Below are positions 1 through 10,081 of a DNA stretch of 64,000 nucleotides, piece by piece. The notes below the pieces were generated by a model. The model did not search any database, had not been told where the DNA came from, and saw nothing but the letters and a program-made list of their open reading frames with translations. How positions within the stretch are numbered: position 1 is the first letter of the stretch; every line of letters starts with the position of its first letter. This DNA comes from an uncultured Acidimicrobiales bacterium (GTDB lineage Bacteria > Actinomycetota > Acidimicrobiia > Acidimicrobiales > SZUA-35), in the NCBI GenBank assembly GCA_937925335.1, contig CALEWY010000012.1, forward strand, positions 14,137 through 78,136. The letters run 5' to 3'. The position numbers and the translations under genes were made by a program.

Positions 1-117
1 GTCGATGTCGAGATCAACCTGGTTGAGCACGAGCGAGTCGCCGTAGTACTTCGTCAGATTGCGGATGCTGACTTTCGGCTCGCGCCCGGTGGTCTCGCGC
101 ATGTTCGATTCAGACAC
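1..117 (-). CDS. amino-acid ABC transporter ATP-binding protein, N-terminal fragment (continues past the left edge)
   Basis: Reverse translation from GTG 117 (or ATG 102) reads VSESNMRETTGREPKVSIRNLTKYYGDSLVLNQVDLDID. This is a typical GlnQ/HisP-type ATPase N-terminus. It starts 3 nt after the permease stop. Confidence 0.7.
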   Translation of the reverse strand, partial: MSESNMRETTGREPKVSIRNLTKYYGDSLVLNQVDLDID

Positions 118-120
118 GGC

Positions 121-1008
121 TCAGCGAGTCCTTTGCAGACGTCGTTCTTGATCTCGTCTCGCATACCAATCAGTGAAGCGGGCGAGCGGAACCGACGCAA
201 TCAAGAAGAGCACCGCGGCCACGATGAGCGACGAGTAGTTGAACGTGCGGTCCTTGATGATCTGTGCTTCTCGAACCGCATCTCGAATGCCGATGATGCT
301 CAGCAGCGCAACGTCTTTTTGCAGCGACACCGCACCGTTCAACAGCGCAGGTCCGACGTTACGAATCGCCTGCGGGATCACGGCGTGGCGCATGGTCTGC
401 CACTGGTTCAAGCCGAGTGCCTTTGCAGCGGCTCGCTGGCCGTCATGAACCGAGCTCATGCCGGCTCGATAGACCTCGGCTGTGTAGGCCGAGTAGCCGG
501 CGACGAGGGCAACCGTTCCCCAGAACAGGGCGCTCTTTGGGAGGCCGCTCAGCTGCAGTGCAGGCACGCCGAAGCCGAGCAGCAAGATGAGCAGTAGCGC
601 TGGAATGCCACGCAGGAAGTCGATGTAGACAACGGCGAAGAACCGCAGCGGGGCGAAGATCGGTCCGGTGAGCGATCGCATGACGGCCAACAAGAGGGCC
701 ACCACGAGGATCAGAACCTCGGCGATGACCCACACCTTCATGTTGATCCAGAACCCGCCAAGCACATCGGGGAAGGCATCGCGCATCGCCGACAAGCTGA
801 AGAACTGGCGCTGAACGGCGGGCCATTGCTCCGAAGAGCCGACCCACCAGGCGAGCAGCCCCACCACGATCGCCGTGCTCACGGCACTGATTGCGATCGG
901 GGTGAGGCGTTCGCTCGTCGAAAGCCGCGCCGGTGCGGGTGGCGGCGCGTCAGAATTCGTCAGCGCCGAAGCGCCGTCGTGATCACTCCCTGATTGGCTA
1001 AGTGTCAC
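121..1008 (-). CDS. amino-acid ABC transporter permease
   Basis: 295-aa ORF with several hydrophobic helices and a permease EAA-like loop (AKALGLNQWQTMRHAVIPQAIRNVGPAL). Its GTG start overlaps the binding-protein stop (GTGA). Confidence 0.85.
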   Translation of the reverse strand: MTLSQSGSDHDGASALTNSDAPPPAPARLSTSERLTPIAISAVSTAIVVGLLAWWVGSSEQWPAVQRQFFSLSAMRDAFPDVLGGFWINMKVWVIAEVLILVVALLLAVMRSLTGPIFAPLRFFAVVYIDFLRGIPALLLILLLGFGVPALQLSGLPKSALFWGTVALVAGYSAYTAEVYRAGMSSVHDGQRAAAKALGLNQWQTMRHAVIPQAIRNVGPALLNGAVSLQKDVALLSIIGIRDAVREAQIIKDRTFNYSSLIVAAVLFLIASVPLARFTDWYARRDQERRLQRTR

Positions 1009-1898
1009 TCGGAGATGAGTGGGATGTCACCGTTGCCCTGGAGCCACTCGACGGCGAGTGCCTCGAGGGTGCCAGCGCTGTCGAGCGCGGAGATCGCCTG
1101 GTCAACACAGGACCTGAGCGGGCTGCCATCAGCAAAGAGGAGACCCATACCCTCGCCCTCTTCGCCACCTTCGGTGGGAAGCACGGCGGCGATGGTTGAG
1201 TCGTCGATCTCAACAGCGGTGAGGTAGAGGGCGGTCGGCAATGCGGCCACCGTTGCGTCGATCTGACCGGCGAGCATTGCGGCGACGACGTCAGCCTGGG
1301 TGTCATACACGGCGACGTTTTCGAGGCCGAGTGTGTTCTCCATGTAGTCGAGGTCGGTGGTGCCGATGGTGGCGCCCCACGTTGCGTCGGCGAGTTCAGC
1401 GAAGCTGCCGGCGGATGCCGCAGGCGACGAGCTGAGAGCAATCACGGACTTCTGACCCTCGTAGTAGGGAAGGGAGAAGTCGACGATCTCTTCGCGCTCG
1501 GCGGTGATCGAGTACTGCTGCATGTTGAAGTCGTAGTCCTTGTCACCGGGAGCGATGGCGGCATCAAACTCGGTGCGGACCCACACGACGTCGGCTTCAT
1601 CGAAGCCCATCTCGGCAGCGATGGCGTATGCCGTTGCGCTTTCGAAGCCCATGCCGTTGGAGGGATCGTCGTCGATCATCCATGGCGGGAAGACTGGCTC
1701 GCCCGTGGCGATGGTGAGCTTGCCATCGGCGAAGGTCGGGAGGTTCTCCACCGAGCAATCGGTTGCATCGCCTCCTCCGTCGCTCTCACCCCCAGCGTCT
1801 TCAGTTGCGTCACTGCCGCCGCATGCGGCAAGAACGAATGCGAAGACGGCGAGAAGAGCAAGGAGTCTCTTGGTTGAAGAAACCATCGAGGTAGTCAT
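1005..1898 (-). CDS. amino-acid ABC transporter substrate-binding lipoprotein
   Basis: 297 aa with a signal peptide and lipobox (LAVFAFVLAACGG). Composition fits a family-3 solute-binding protein. It is the first gene of the SBP-permease-ATPase operon. Confidence 0.85.
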   Translation of the reverse strand: MTTSMVSSTKRLLALLAVFAFVLAACGGSDATEDAGGESDGGGDATDCSVENLPTFADGKLTIATGEPVFPPWMIDDDPSNGMGFESATAYAIAAEMGFDEADVVWVRTEFDAAIAPGDKDYDFNMQQYSITAEREEIVDFSLPYYEGQKSVIALSSSPAASAGSFAELADATWGATIGTTDLDYMENTLGLENVAVYDTQADVVAAMLAGQIDATVAALPTALYLTAVEIDDSTIAAVLPTEGGEEGEGMGLLFADGSPLRSCVDQAISALDSAGTLEALAVEWLQGNGDIPLISE

Positions 1899-2021
1899 GA
1901 AGAAGTCGCTTTCGGCGGGAAAGGGGAACAGCCAAACCTATCCCCGCCGACTCAGGACCTGCCAGGGAGTTCAAGGGGCACGCCTCGGTTCACCTGACGT
2001 CGATCTCGCTTGGCGATGAGA

Positions 2022-3101
2022 TCAGGGGCTGGTTCGTCCGGCGAGAACACCGGCGGCGATGTCGAGCGCTGATTGCTCGACCGCATTTTGAGCCTCGGTG
2101 CTCTGAAGACTGTCGACGTAGGTCGAGACTCGCAGGCGACCTTCGGGAAGCACGATGTCGATACTCGTTCGTGGGGTCGATCGGTCAGGGTCGACCGGAG
2201 CAACAGCGACGTCGAATCCGGCGACGGACTCTGAACGTCCGACTTCGACGGGAGCAAGCCCGGCTTCGAGCGAGCTGCGGGCCTCTTCGTCCCAAACGAA
2301 GGAAACACTCGCCGACCAGCCTTCAACGCCGTTGACGGAGCACGACATGGCGCCGTCGCTGTAGTCGATGGAGAGCCATTCTTCTGCGAGAACCTTGTTC
2401 ATCGCATTCGCCACGCCAGAGAAATTCAGTGCGCTGCTGCCGACTGCACCCGGGCGAGAGCACTCGAACCACTCCGGCGTCCCGAGTTCTGGCTCGACGG
2501 GTGGGGCGAATGTGACCTTGTCGAGAAAGAGGTCGAGCAGTTGCTCTCGTACAGCCGCTTGCTCCGGCGCAGGTTGGGTCTCTCGGGCGTCGTACCCGAC
2601 GGAGAACGTCGTCCATCCGCCGTAACCCTGTGAGGGAAAGAGCACCGTGATCTCCTCGCCAGCGGTAACGACGGACCAGCCGTTGCGTTCAGTTTGGACA
2701 GCGTCCGGCTCGTCCGATTTCAGATCGAAGTACCAATCACCAGGGTCCATACGAAGGCTGAACGTCCCGTCCTTGAGGAACCACAGGCAGCGGACGCCGG
2801 AGGAGAGAAAGCTGTAGGCGTCGAGATACGGACTGCCGCCTGTCGCCATGAACTCATCGTCGAAGCCTTGTACGCCGGCGCCTCGAACATCATCGAAACT
2901 GACCGCACCGGTGACTGGGGCATCGAAGCCGCACAGGTCGTAGGGAGCGAAGCCTTCGCCGCTGACAGCGACGGACTGGCCGGTCGGCAAGACCGCGCCG
3001 GCGTCGGACGTGTCCGAGTCGGGCAACCCAAAGCCACAGGCGTTCAGGCTGAGTAGCAGGGCAAGAATGGAAAGGACGCGGGGCGAGCGGAGCAACGGCA
3101 T
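2022..3101 (-). CDS. hypothetical lipoprotein
   Basis: 359-aa ORF with lipobox LLLSLNACG and high GC3. No family recognised. Confidence 0.6.
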   Translation of the reverse strand: MPLLRSPRVLSILALLLSLNACGFGLPDSDTSDAGAVLPTGQSVAVSGEGFAPYDLCGFDAPVTGAVSFDDVRGAGVQGFDDEFMATGGSPYLDAYSFLSSGVRCLWFLKDGTFSLRMDPGDWYFDLKSDEPDAVQTERNGWSVVTAGEEITVLFPSQGYGGWTTFSVGYDARETQPAPEQAAVREQLLDLFLDKVTFAPPVEPELGTPEWFECSRPGAVGSSALNFSGVANAMNKVLAEEWLSIDYSDGAMSCSVNGVEGWSASVSFVWDEEARSSLEAGLAPVEVGRSESVAGFDVAVAPVDPDRSTPRTSIDIVLPEGRLRVSTYVDSLQSTEAQNAVEQSALDIAAGVLAGRTSP

Positions 3102-3306
3102 GTCCGGAACGTATGACAGACAAGCCCAGCCGTAATCGGGGAAGTCCCTGGCATCGGGAGCGTCGGTTCAGAACGATCGGCGGGCCCGGAGCTCACTCAA
3201 CGCAGCGGCTGCGAGCCTCAGCTCGTGGCCAAAGTTCAGAACAATCGAGACTTGACCCCTGAACTTTGTCGCTCAATCCCGCACCGGAAGGCGCCGATGA
3301 CCGATC

Positions 3307-4050
3307 ATGCGGTTCTTGCAGTTCGGACGACGTATCGCCAAGACGCCGCGCCTCACCAGCATCACGGTGCTCTTTCATCACATCTCGACCCAGTCGCCGA
3401 GTGGCGACGACGCCGACGATGTTGCTGCGCGGCCGCGCGACCTCGATCGCTACTTCAGCGTTCTCGAACCAGTTGACCCGAAGACGGGGAAGCCAACGAA
3501 GAAGGGCCCGCAGGCCATCCGGGAGATCGACGTCCTCGATGCCAGCGGGGCACCACTCTTCTCATGCGTCGAGCGAGGCCATCCAAGCGACGAGCTTCGC
3601 AACGAACTGGTCGAGGCAGCAGCGAAATGGGAAGCGGCATCAATCGCCGTGCACCCCGCTGGAACGGATCGCCGGCACGCCTGCTGCGAACCAACGCTCG
3701 TCGAACGAACCATCCCCGAGGGCCGCCAAGCAAAATGGATGCGCCACGACTCGAAGATCTCTGGCCCTGAGGGCTGGCATCGTCGTCTCTACGGTGAGGA
3801 CGGTTCGGTCATCGAGGAACACACGATGGAAGACCTCCAGCTGTTCGAGTTCCTCCCCTACTGCAATCCTCAGACGGGCACGCTCGCCAAAGCTGCATCG
3901 AGTTGGACGATCCGCTCGCTCGATGATGACGCTGAAAGCACGCCGGACGCGAGCGACGAATCAACCGCCCCGCCGGTCCCCGAGCCCGCCGCCCCCGGCA
4001 AAGGCGACTCGCCTCATCTCGAACCAGAGGGCTCAGTCGAAGCGGAGTGA
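3307..4050 (+). CDS. hypothetical protein
   Basis: 247-aa ORF. This frame has G/C-rich third positions and balanced composition, whereas the overlapping 3266..4240 frame is Arg/Ser-rich. The start codon is uncertain. Confidence 0.5.
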   Translation: MRFLQFGRRIAKTPRLTSITVLFHHISTQSPSGDDADDVAARPRDLDRYFSVLEPVDPKTGKPTKKGPQAIREIDVLDASGAPLFSCVERGHPSDELRNELVEAAAKWEAASIAVHPAGTDRRHACCEPTLVERTIPEGRQAKWMRHDSKISGPEGWHRRLYGEDGSVIEEHTMEDLQLFEFLPYCNPQTGTLAKAASSWTIRSLDDDAESTPDASDESTAPPVPEPAAPGKGDSPHLEPEGSVEAE

Positions 4051-4980
4051 CTCCAAGATCGCTGGCCCACTCTCGATGAGCGGGTCACCGACTCGGCTGG
4101 TTTGCTCGACCCACCAGACTCTTTCACCATCGGGGCCGATCAGCTCCACGACGAAGTTCATGCTGCGAGACCACATCTCGAGCTCGCCGAGCGGAAGACA
4201 AGGGCCGACCGCCTCGCATTCGAACCGCTCCGCCGCCTGATTCGTCAGTCGAACCTCCCATTCGTCGACGAGTCCTTGGCTCGAGCGGCCCATCGCCCGA
4301 AACGGATTGATGAGTCCATCAGCTTCGAGGTCGGCGACCGCCGCTTCCAGCGATCGGTCGCCCTCTGGCTCCACAATCGTGATGACGGCACGCGGTTCAA
4401 CCTCATCGCCAACCCAGCCAAGCACGATGAGGCCGGGCTGCTCCTGGAGCACCTCGATGCCTGCTGGCAGCTCAAGGCGAATCCCGCCAGCAACTTCGTT
4501 GGACCGGTGCTCACCCTGGGCGATGGGGGCTGGCAACTCCTCCCCCTCGGCGATCAGACTCGACTCATCATCCGACACCGCTTCCACATTGGCTCCACCG
4601 CCCTCGCTGTTGAGCAGCGCGAAGCCGCCAATCCCGCAACACACAAGAAGCGCTGCCGCCGCAAGCAGCCATCGGCTGTCTCGCAAGCGGCCCTCCGAAC
4701 GCTCCTCCCCCACGTCGAAGATGAAGACATCGGCAAGATCTTCATCTGAAAGATCGGCTTCCAACAGCCCGTCTTCAGGCCCCCGGGCATTGAGGTGGGA
4801 CACACCGGTCGAACGAGGCCGAACGCGATCCGCCGGCGGCGATTCGAGCTCTTCAAGAATTCGCTCGCGCAGTCGCGCACGACCAGGAAACGCCTGCGTG
4901 CCCTCGTCGACGACGGACCGGAGCAGTCGCTCGATCTCCTCATCCGCCAGCACGTCATCATCCTTCGACGAGTTGGTCAT
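4033..4980 (-). CDS. putative anti-sigma factor (single-pass membrane protein)
   Basis: The ATG at 4980 overlaps the sigma-factor stop (ATGA). It has a cytoplasmic N-terminus, one TM helix (WLLAAAALLVCCGIGGFALL) and an extracytoplasmic C-terminal domain. Confidence 0.6.
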   Translation of the reverse strand: MTNSSKDDDVLADEEIERLLRSVVDEGTQAFPGRARLRERILEELESPPADRVRPRSTGVSHLNARGPEDGLLEADLSDEDLADVFIFDVGEERSEGRLRDSRWLLAAAALLVCCGIGGFALLNSEGGGANVEAVSDDESSLIAEGEELPAPIAQGEHRSNEVAGGIRLELPAGIEVLQEQPGLIVLGWVGDEVEPRAVITIVEPEGDRSLEAAVADLEADGLINPFRAMGRSSQGLVDEWEVRLTNQAAERFECEAVGPCLPLGELEMWSRSMNFVVELIGPDGERVWWVEQTSRVGDPLIESGPAILESLRFD

Positions 4981-5549
4981 GCCCGCTCCTCCTGTCGTCG
5001 CGAGGTTTCTTGCCATGCCCTTGAAAACCCACGGCGCCCCCTCGCCAACAGTGATTCAGCAGCCCGGTACTCAACACCAAGTGCGGTCGCCACCTCAGCA
5101 ACCGAGCACTCATCGAGATACCGAAGCGCCAACGCTGCTCGCTGTCGCGATGGCAGCGATTGCAACGCTTCGACAACGGCCTCGCTCGTGTGGTCGAAGA
5201 CCCCCGGCCCGTCCGCCTCGAGATTGATTGTCTGGTCAATTGCTTTACGAGCCTTCTCAACACGACGCCGATTGCGCTCTTCCGCTCGCCACTGATCAAC
5301 GATCCGTCGCTTCGCAACGACAAAAAGCCACGGTCGGTCGATCTCGCTCCCGCGCCCGCCAGCAAAGGCTCGCGCTGCAGCAACGAATGCCTCGGACGTA
5401 ACCTCTTCGGCGGTCACGGTGCTGCCGGTCCGTGCAAGACAGAACCGGTAGAGATCGTCGACGTTGGTCTCGTAGAGCGCGACGAGGGCAGCCTGCCGTG
5501 GCTTGTGGCCTCCCTCAAGGTGTTGTTCCACCCGACTCCTCGTGCCCAT
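4977..5549 (-). CDS. ECF (sigma-70 family) RNA polymerase sigma factor
   Basis: Region 2 (DDLYRFCLARTGSTVTAEEVTSEAF) and region 4 (LPSRQRAALALRYLDECSVAEVATALG) motifs are present. Confidence 0.85.
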   Translation of the reverse strand: MGTRSRVEQHLEGGHKPRQAALVALYETNVDDLYRFCLARTGSTVTAEEVTSEAFVAAARAFAGGRGSEIDRPWLFVVAKRRIVDQWRAEERNRRRVEKARKAIDQTINLEADGPGVFDHTSEAVVEALQSLPSRQRAALALRYLDECSVAEVATALGVEYRAAESLLARGRRGFSRAWQETSRRQEERA

Positions 5550-5699
5550 GACGCCTACAACGACGCGCGGCCGCTCAATCCGTCGCTCAATCTGTCATGC
5601 CGCCGAGTTTTCCAGAAGATCGCCACATGCGCTCGTGCTCAACTGGCCTCCACCTGCCCGCTTGGGTACCTTCCGAGCCGACTCACGAAGGGGAACATC

Positions 5700-7424
5700 A
5701 TGGGGACCAGGTGGATTATCGAGGGCTCGATCGACGATCGCTGGCCGATCAACACGCGGGGCAATGTCGGCGAGGTGTTCCCCGAAGTCGTCACGGCTCT
5801 CGGATTCGAATACGCCGTGCGGCCTGCCGAGCGAGCGTGGCGCCAGGCCTACGTCGACCTTGGAATCCACAACGACGGTGATTTCAGCAGTGACGAGCCG
5901 GTGATCATCGGTCTCTACGGCGGCTACACCTATCTCAACCTCTCGTATCTGCGAATGATGGGCGTCCGAGCCCCCGGTTCGTCAGCTGAAGCGATCGATG
6001 TGGCCTTCTTCGGCGAGGGCAACCCGCCGCCCTATGAACCTCGTGATGGCGACAAGAGCATCAAGTCATCGCTGAAGATTCTGCTGACCGTGTTGAAGGC
6101 ACTCGGACAAAAGGATCTGCCCGAGCCCGCCACCGACAGCTTCAAACGAGTGGCAGCGTTCGAAGCGAAGCGCCCGTCGCTCGACGCGGATGACGACGTG
6201 CTCCTCGCCTACCTCGATTCGTTCCCGGCAGCGTTCGAGCCAGTGTTTGCCAACCACATGAAGACCACGGCGCTCGCCGCCATCGTTTCGGGCGTGCTCG
6301 CCGATGCGGCAACCGCTGCCGGCAAACCCGGTCTTGTGACCGAGCTGATCGGCGCGGCCGGCGATGTTCATTCAGCGCAGTACTCAGTTGCCCTCTACGA
6401 GATCGCCAAGCAGGTGAAGGCGTCGTCGTCGATGACGGCCGCGTTCGACACCGGCGTCGACGGCCTGCTCGGACGCCTTCCCGATGATGACGACGGCGCA
6501 GCGTTCACGAAGGCCTTCGACGCCTTCACCGCCGAGCACGGCCAACGGGGCCCGAACGACTGGGAGCTGTCGGCCCGCACATGGGACAACACCCCCGAGC
6601 TCGCTCTCGCCGCCATCGACTCGATGCGCCGGGCCGACCATGACCTGTCACCGGCGAACCGCCTCGCCGACGACGACTCCAAGCGAGCCGCAGCGATCGA
6701 AGCCGTGCGTCCGCACGTGAAGTTCCTCGACAAGTTGAACTTCGACAAGGCAATCAAGGCCGCTCCGTATTGGGCACAAGGCCGAGAAGCCACCCGCGAC
6801 CGAGCGGTGCGCATCATGTTGCCGGTCAAGCAGGTCTATCGCGAGCTCGTTCGACGCGGCGCCGAACGAGGCGGGATCGACGATCCGGTAAGGGTTGCGT
6901 TGCTGGAGCCCAAGAAGGAGCTGCGCGACTACCTCAAGGACCCCTCGTCGATGCTCGGAATCCTCGAAGAACGGGGCGCCTTGTTTGATCGCTATGCGGC
7001 GGTTGAGCCTCGCTTCTTCATCTCATCCCAGAGCGAGGTGCCGACCCTCGAAGAGCTCGAGGCCGAGAACGCCGAGCGGGCAGGAGCTGCGGCCGTCGGT
7101 GATGTGCTCAAGGGCGATGCCGGCTCATCTGGTGTTGCTCGAGGCAAGGCTCGTGTCGTGCTCGACCCGGCTGATGGCTCGGCGCTTGAGCCCGGCGAGA
7201 TTCTCGTCGCTCCCCTGACCGATCCGAGTTGGACACCGCTGTTCCTTCCGGCCGAGGCGGTCGTCGTCAACGTCGGTGCCCTCATGAGCCACGCCGTGAT
7301 CGTGGCCCGCGAGCTCGCAATCCCAGCCGTCATTGCGCTCGAAGGTGCGACCGAGCGCATCGAAACCGGAATGCTGATCGAGGTCGACGGCACGGCCGGC
7401 ACCGTCACCGTGATCGAAAGCTGA
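5700..7424 (+). CDS. PEP-utilizing enzyme (mobile/swivel His domain) family protein
   Basis: The ATG at 5700 follows GAAGGGGA. The C-terminus reads GSSGVARGKARVV...ILVAPLTDPSWTPLF...GALMSHAVIVARELAIPAV, a phosphohistidine swivel domain. The N-terminus reads WPINTRGNVGEVFPEVVT. Confidence 0.75.
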   Translation: MGTRWIIEGSIDDRWPINTRGNVGEVFPEVVTALGFEYAVRPAERAWRQAYVDLGIHNDGDFSSDEPVIIGLYGGYTYLNLSYLRMMGVRAPGSSAEAIDVAFFGEGNPPPYEPRDGDKSIKSSLKILLTVLKALGQKDLPEPATDSFKRVAAFEAKRPSLDADDDVLLAYLDSFPAAFEPVFANHMKTTALAAIVSGVLADAATAAGKPGLVTELIGAAGDVHSAQYSVALYEIAKQVKASSSMTAAFDTGVDGLLGRLPDDDDGAAFTKAFDAFTAEHGQRGPNDWELSARTWDNTPELALAAIDSMRRADHDLSPANRLADDDSKRAAAIEAVRPHVKFLDKLNFDKAIKAAPYWAQGREATRDRAVRIMLPVKQVYRELVRRGAERGGIDDPVRVALLEPKKELRDYLKDPSSMLGILEERGALFDRYAAVEPRFFISSQSEVPTLEELEAENAERAGAAAVGDVLKGDAGSSGVARGKARVVLDPADGSALEPGEILVAPLTDPSWTPLFLPAEAVVVNVGALMSHAVIVARELAIPAVIALEGATERIETGMLIEVDGTAGTVTVIES

Positions 7425-7434
7425 GGCGTTGCGA

Positions 7435-8286
7435 ATGGCCACGAATTATCTGACCGACAAGGTGATCGTGATCACCGGAGCAGCCGGCGGCTTTGGTCGA
7501 CTGCTGTGCCGAGACGCCGTCGCTGGCGGAGCGAAGGTGGCGGCGCTCGACATCGACGCTGATGCGATCGCCGCGCTGCGCGATGAACTCACCGCCGAAG
7601 GGCTCGACGTCGCCGGCGCGTTTCTCGGCGCGCCGACCGATGTCACCGACCTCTCTGCGATGACCGGATCGGTGGGGCAAGCGGTTGCCAGGTTCGGCGC
7701 TGTCGACGTCATCATCAACAACGCCGGAACGATGCCGCTCGCCTTCCTCTCCGACCACGCCGAGGCAGCCGATGCGTGGTCGCAGTGCATCGACATCAAC
7801 ATCAAAGGTGTCCTCAACGGCATGATCGCCGTCCACGACCAGATGATGAAGCAGGGCCGTGGCCACATCATCAACCTCTCATCGATCTACGGAAACGCAC
7901 CCGTCGTCGGGGCAGCGGTCTACGGCGCGACGAAGGCTGCAGTCAACATGATGTCCGAGTCCGTTCGAGTCGAAACACAGGGAACGATCAAGGTCACGAT
8001 TGTGAAACCGACGGGTGTGCCCGGCACCGGTCTCGGCGCTGGAATCATCAACCGCAACGCATCCATTGGCATCATCGGGCAGAACGCTGCAGAACATGCG
8101 AAGAGCTCGGCCGCTCTCCGAGAAGGCAGAGCGTCAGAGGTTGATCTCGACCCAGAATCGGTCGGCTATCAAGCGCTCGATCCTCAGCACATCGCCGATC
8201 AAATCCTTCACGCGATCAATCAGCCGTGGGGTGTGTCGATCGGCGACATCACCATTCGCGCTGCTGGCGATCGGTACATCCTCTAG
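7435..8286 (+). CDS. SDR family oxidoreductase
   Basis: TGAAGGFG Rossmann motif and a YGATK catalytic motif. An alternative TTG start lies at 7429. Confidence 0.85.
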   Translation: MATNYLTDKVIVITGAAGGFGRLLCRDAVAGGAKVAALDIDADAIAALRDELTAEGLDVAGAFLGAPTDVTDLSAMTGSVGQAVARFGAVDVIINNAGTMPLAFLSDHAEAADAWSQCIDINIKGVLNGMIAVHDQMMKQGRGHIINLSSIYGNAPVVGAAVYGATKAAVNMMSESVRVETQGTIKVTIVKPTGVPGTGLGAGIINRNASIGIIGQNAAEHAKSSAALREGRASEVDLDPESVGYQALDPQHIADQILHAINQPWGVSIGDITIRAAGDRYIL

Positions 8287-8397
8287 TCGGCTGAGTCTCG
8301 AGAACTCGTGCCAAGGGTTCCACAGAACTTTTGGATGAGACCGACGGAAACTTCACCTCGTTGACGATGTAGGCGGCAATCGAGAGGGAGAAACATT

Positions 8398-9873
8398 GTG
8401 AACACACCATCTGTGACATCGCGGAAGCGCCCGCAACGAACCCGCTGGTTCGTCGCACTCGTTGCCAGCTTGGCCATGATCAGCGCAGCCTGCAGCGGGA
8501 GCTCTGGCGAGGCCGTCACCGAGGACGTCGAAACCGAGGCTGTCGAGACAACAGACGCGAGAGCGCCGGAGGACGAAACAGCCGAGGAAGACAGCACCGA
8601 TGACGCGGACGACGACGCGGCCGAGGACGGGGACTCTGCGAGCGTCGATGAAGAACTCATCACGATCGAGGCCGATGATGGACCGAGCTCGACGTTCGCC
8701 TCCTCGGCGATGGGAGGTGTGCGCTTCGAAGTACCCGACACCCATACGTTGCTGGTCACGGGTGATCAGTTGCTGGTCTCCACCGCAGAGGGACTGGTGG
8801 TGGGGGACGACGGGGTGTCGTTTGCGGCGGTTGCTCTGACATCACAGCTCTCGAGTGGAACGCCGATCGAAACAGCCGAGGAGTACCTCGCTGCAGCCGA
8901 AGCCGCTGATGTCGACATCGTTCCGACCGGCACAAAGATCGAGCTGCTCGGATACGAGCTGGTTGGCTACAACATGGAGGGTGACAAGGACCTGTTCACC
9001 TTCGCCAATGATCGTCGTGGCGCACCCGTCGAGAGCGGGTTCGGACCCGGAGAGAACGCCATCGAGTTCGTCGGGACCACCCCGAGCGGTGTCCTGACCG
9101 CAATCGCGTCGAATCCCGGCGGCTCGCTAGACGATTGGTTGCCCACGCTCGGGACACTTGTTGCGAGCATCGAATTCACGGGATCGGGCCTTGATCCAGC
9201 GCTGCCCGATGGAGAGGCGATTCAATTTGCCGACGAGGGCCCGCCACCACCAGCCGCCGAGGCTTCAGAGGATCCGGACGGACTCCCACCACTTGGAGAG
9301 CCGTTCTCGCCGATCGACCCCGGCCGCTACGAATTCCTGAACTTTGGCTTGTCTGTCTCGATTGATGTTCCAGGCGATTGGTTCGTTCAGCCGAACTTTC
9401 CCGGTGTCGTGGTTCTCACCCGGGCAGGAAGCATCGGGCCCGGCGATCGCGACATCGTGTTCCTGAATGACATCCGAGAGCTCGTTCCAATCGGTGGTGG
9501 TCCGATCCAGGCGGGTGACGCACTCAGCGTCGATGACATCGAGGCGATCATCAGCGATCCCCCGCCGGGAGCGATCATCGACAACGTCGAACGGTTCGAT
9601 CTCACTGCTCCAAACGGCTCGGCCACTCGTGTCATCGCGTTCGATTTCACTGGTGATCCGTCTGCGGCTTGCTCACTCGATGAGCCGTGCGACTTTGCCC
9701 TCGTCACCCCCTACGGGTTCGTCAAGAAGCTCCTGTCGACGAGCGACCAGCGGATCTGGTTCTTCCCAGAACATCCAACCGGTCCGGCCGCCGCAGTTGC
9801 CCAGAACAGTCAAGGAACCGACTTCATCGCAGAAGCGTCAGCGGTGATCGCAACGCTCGAACTCAGCCGCTGA
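8398..9873 (+). CDS. hypothetical secreted lipoprotein
   Basis: GTG start, lipobox (LAMISAACSG) and an acidic linker. No family recognised. Confidence 0.6.
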   Translation: MNTPSVTSRKRPQRTRWFVALVASLAMISAACSGSSGEAVTEDVETEAVETTDARAPEDETAEEDSTDDADDDAAEDGDSASVDEELITIEADDGPSSTFASSAMGGVRFEVPDTHTLLVTGDQLLVSTAEGLVVGDDGVSFAAVALTSQLSSGTPIETAEEYLAAAEAADVDIVPTGTKIELLGYELVGYNMEGDKDLFTFANDRRGAPVESGFGPGENAIEFVGTTPSGVLTAIASNPGGSLDDWLPTLGTLVASIEFTGSGLDPALPDGEAIQFADEGPPPPAAEASEDPDGLPPLGEPFSPIDPGRYEFLNFGLSVSIDVPGDWFVQPNFPGVVVLTRAGSIGPGDRDIVFLNDIRELVPIGGGPIQAGDALSVDDIEAIISDPPPGAIIDNVERFDLTAPNGSATRVIAFDFTGDPSAACSLDEPCDFALVTPYGFVKKLLSTSDQRIWFFPEHPTGPAAAVAQNSQGTDFIAEASAVIATLELSR

Positions 9874-10081
9874 AGGTTGACGTGATCGAGCATCCGACTT
9901 GTGACCACGCTTCTCACAAGCACTCACGATCATGCTCGTCGTTGCAGCCCTGCTGATGGCACTTGTGCTCATGGCACTCACCGGCAGCACCGAAATCGCT
10001 GGCAATGGCACCGACTACATCTGAGTCGGATCCGATTGACGAAGTGAGAAGACAGCGAGCGAACGTTCGCTGATCGATGCG

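Noticed and set aside
5160-5699. 180-codon N-terminal extension of the PEP-utilizing ORF
   Set aside because: The extension overlaps the ECF sigma gene on the opposite strand and has a non-protein-like composition. The family-typical N-terminus and an SD occur at ATG 5700.
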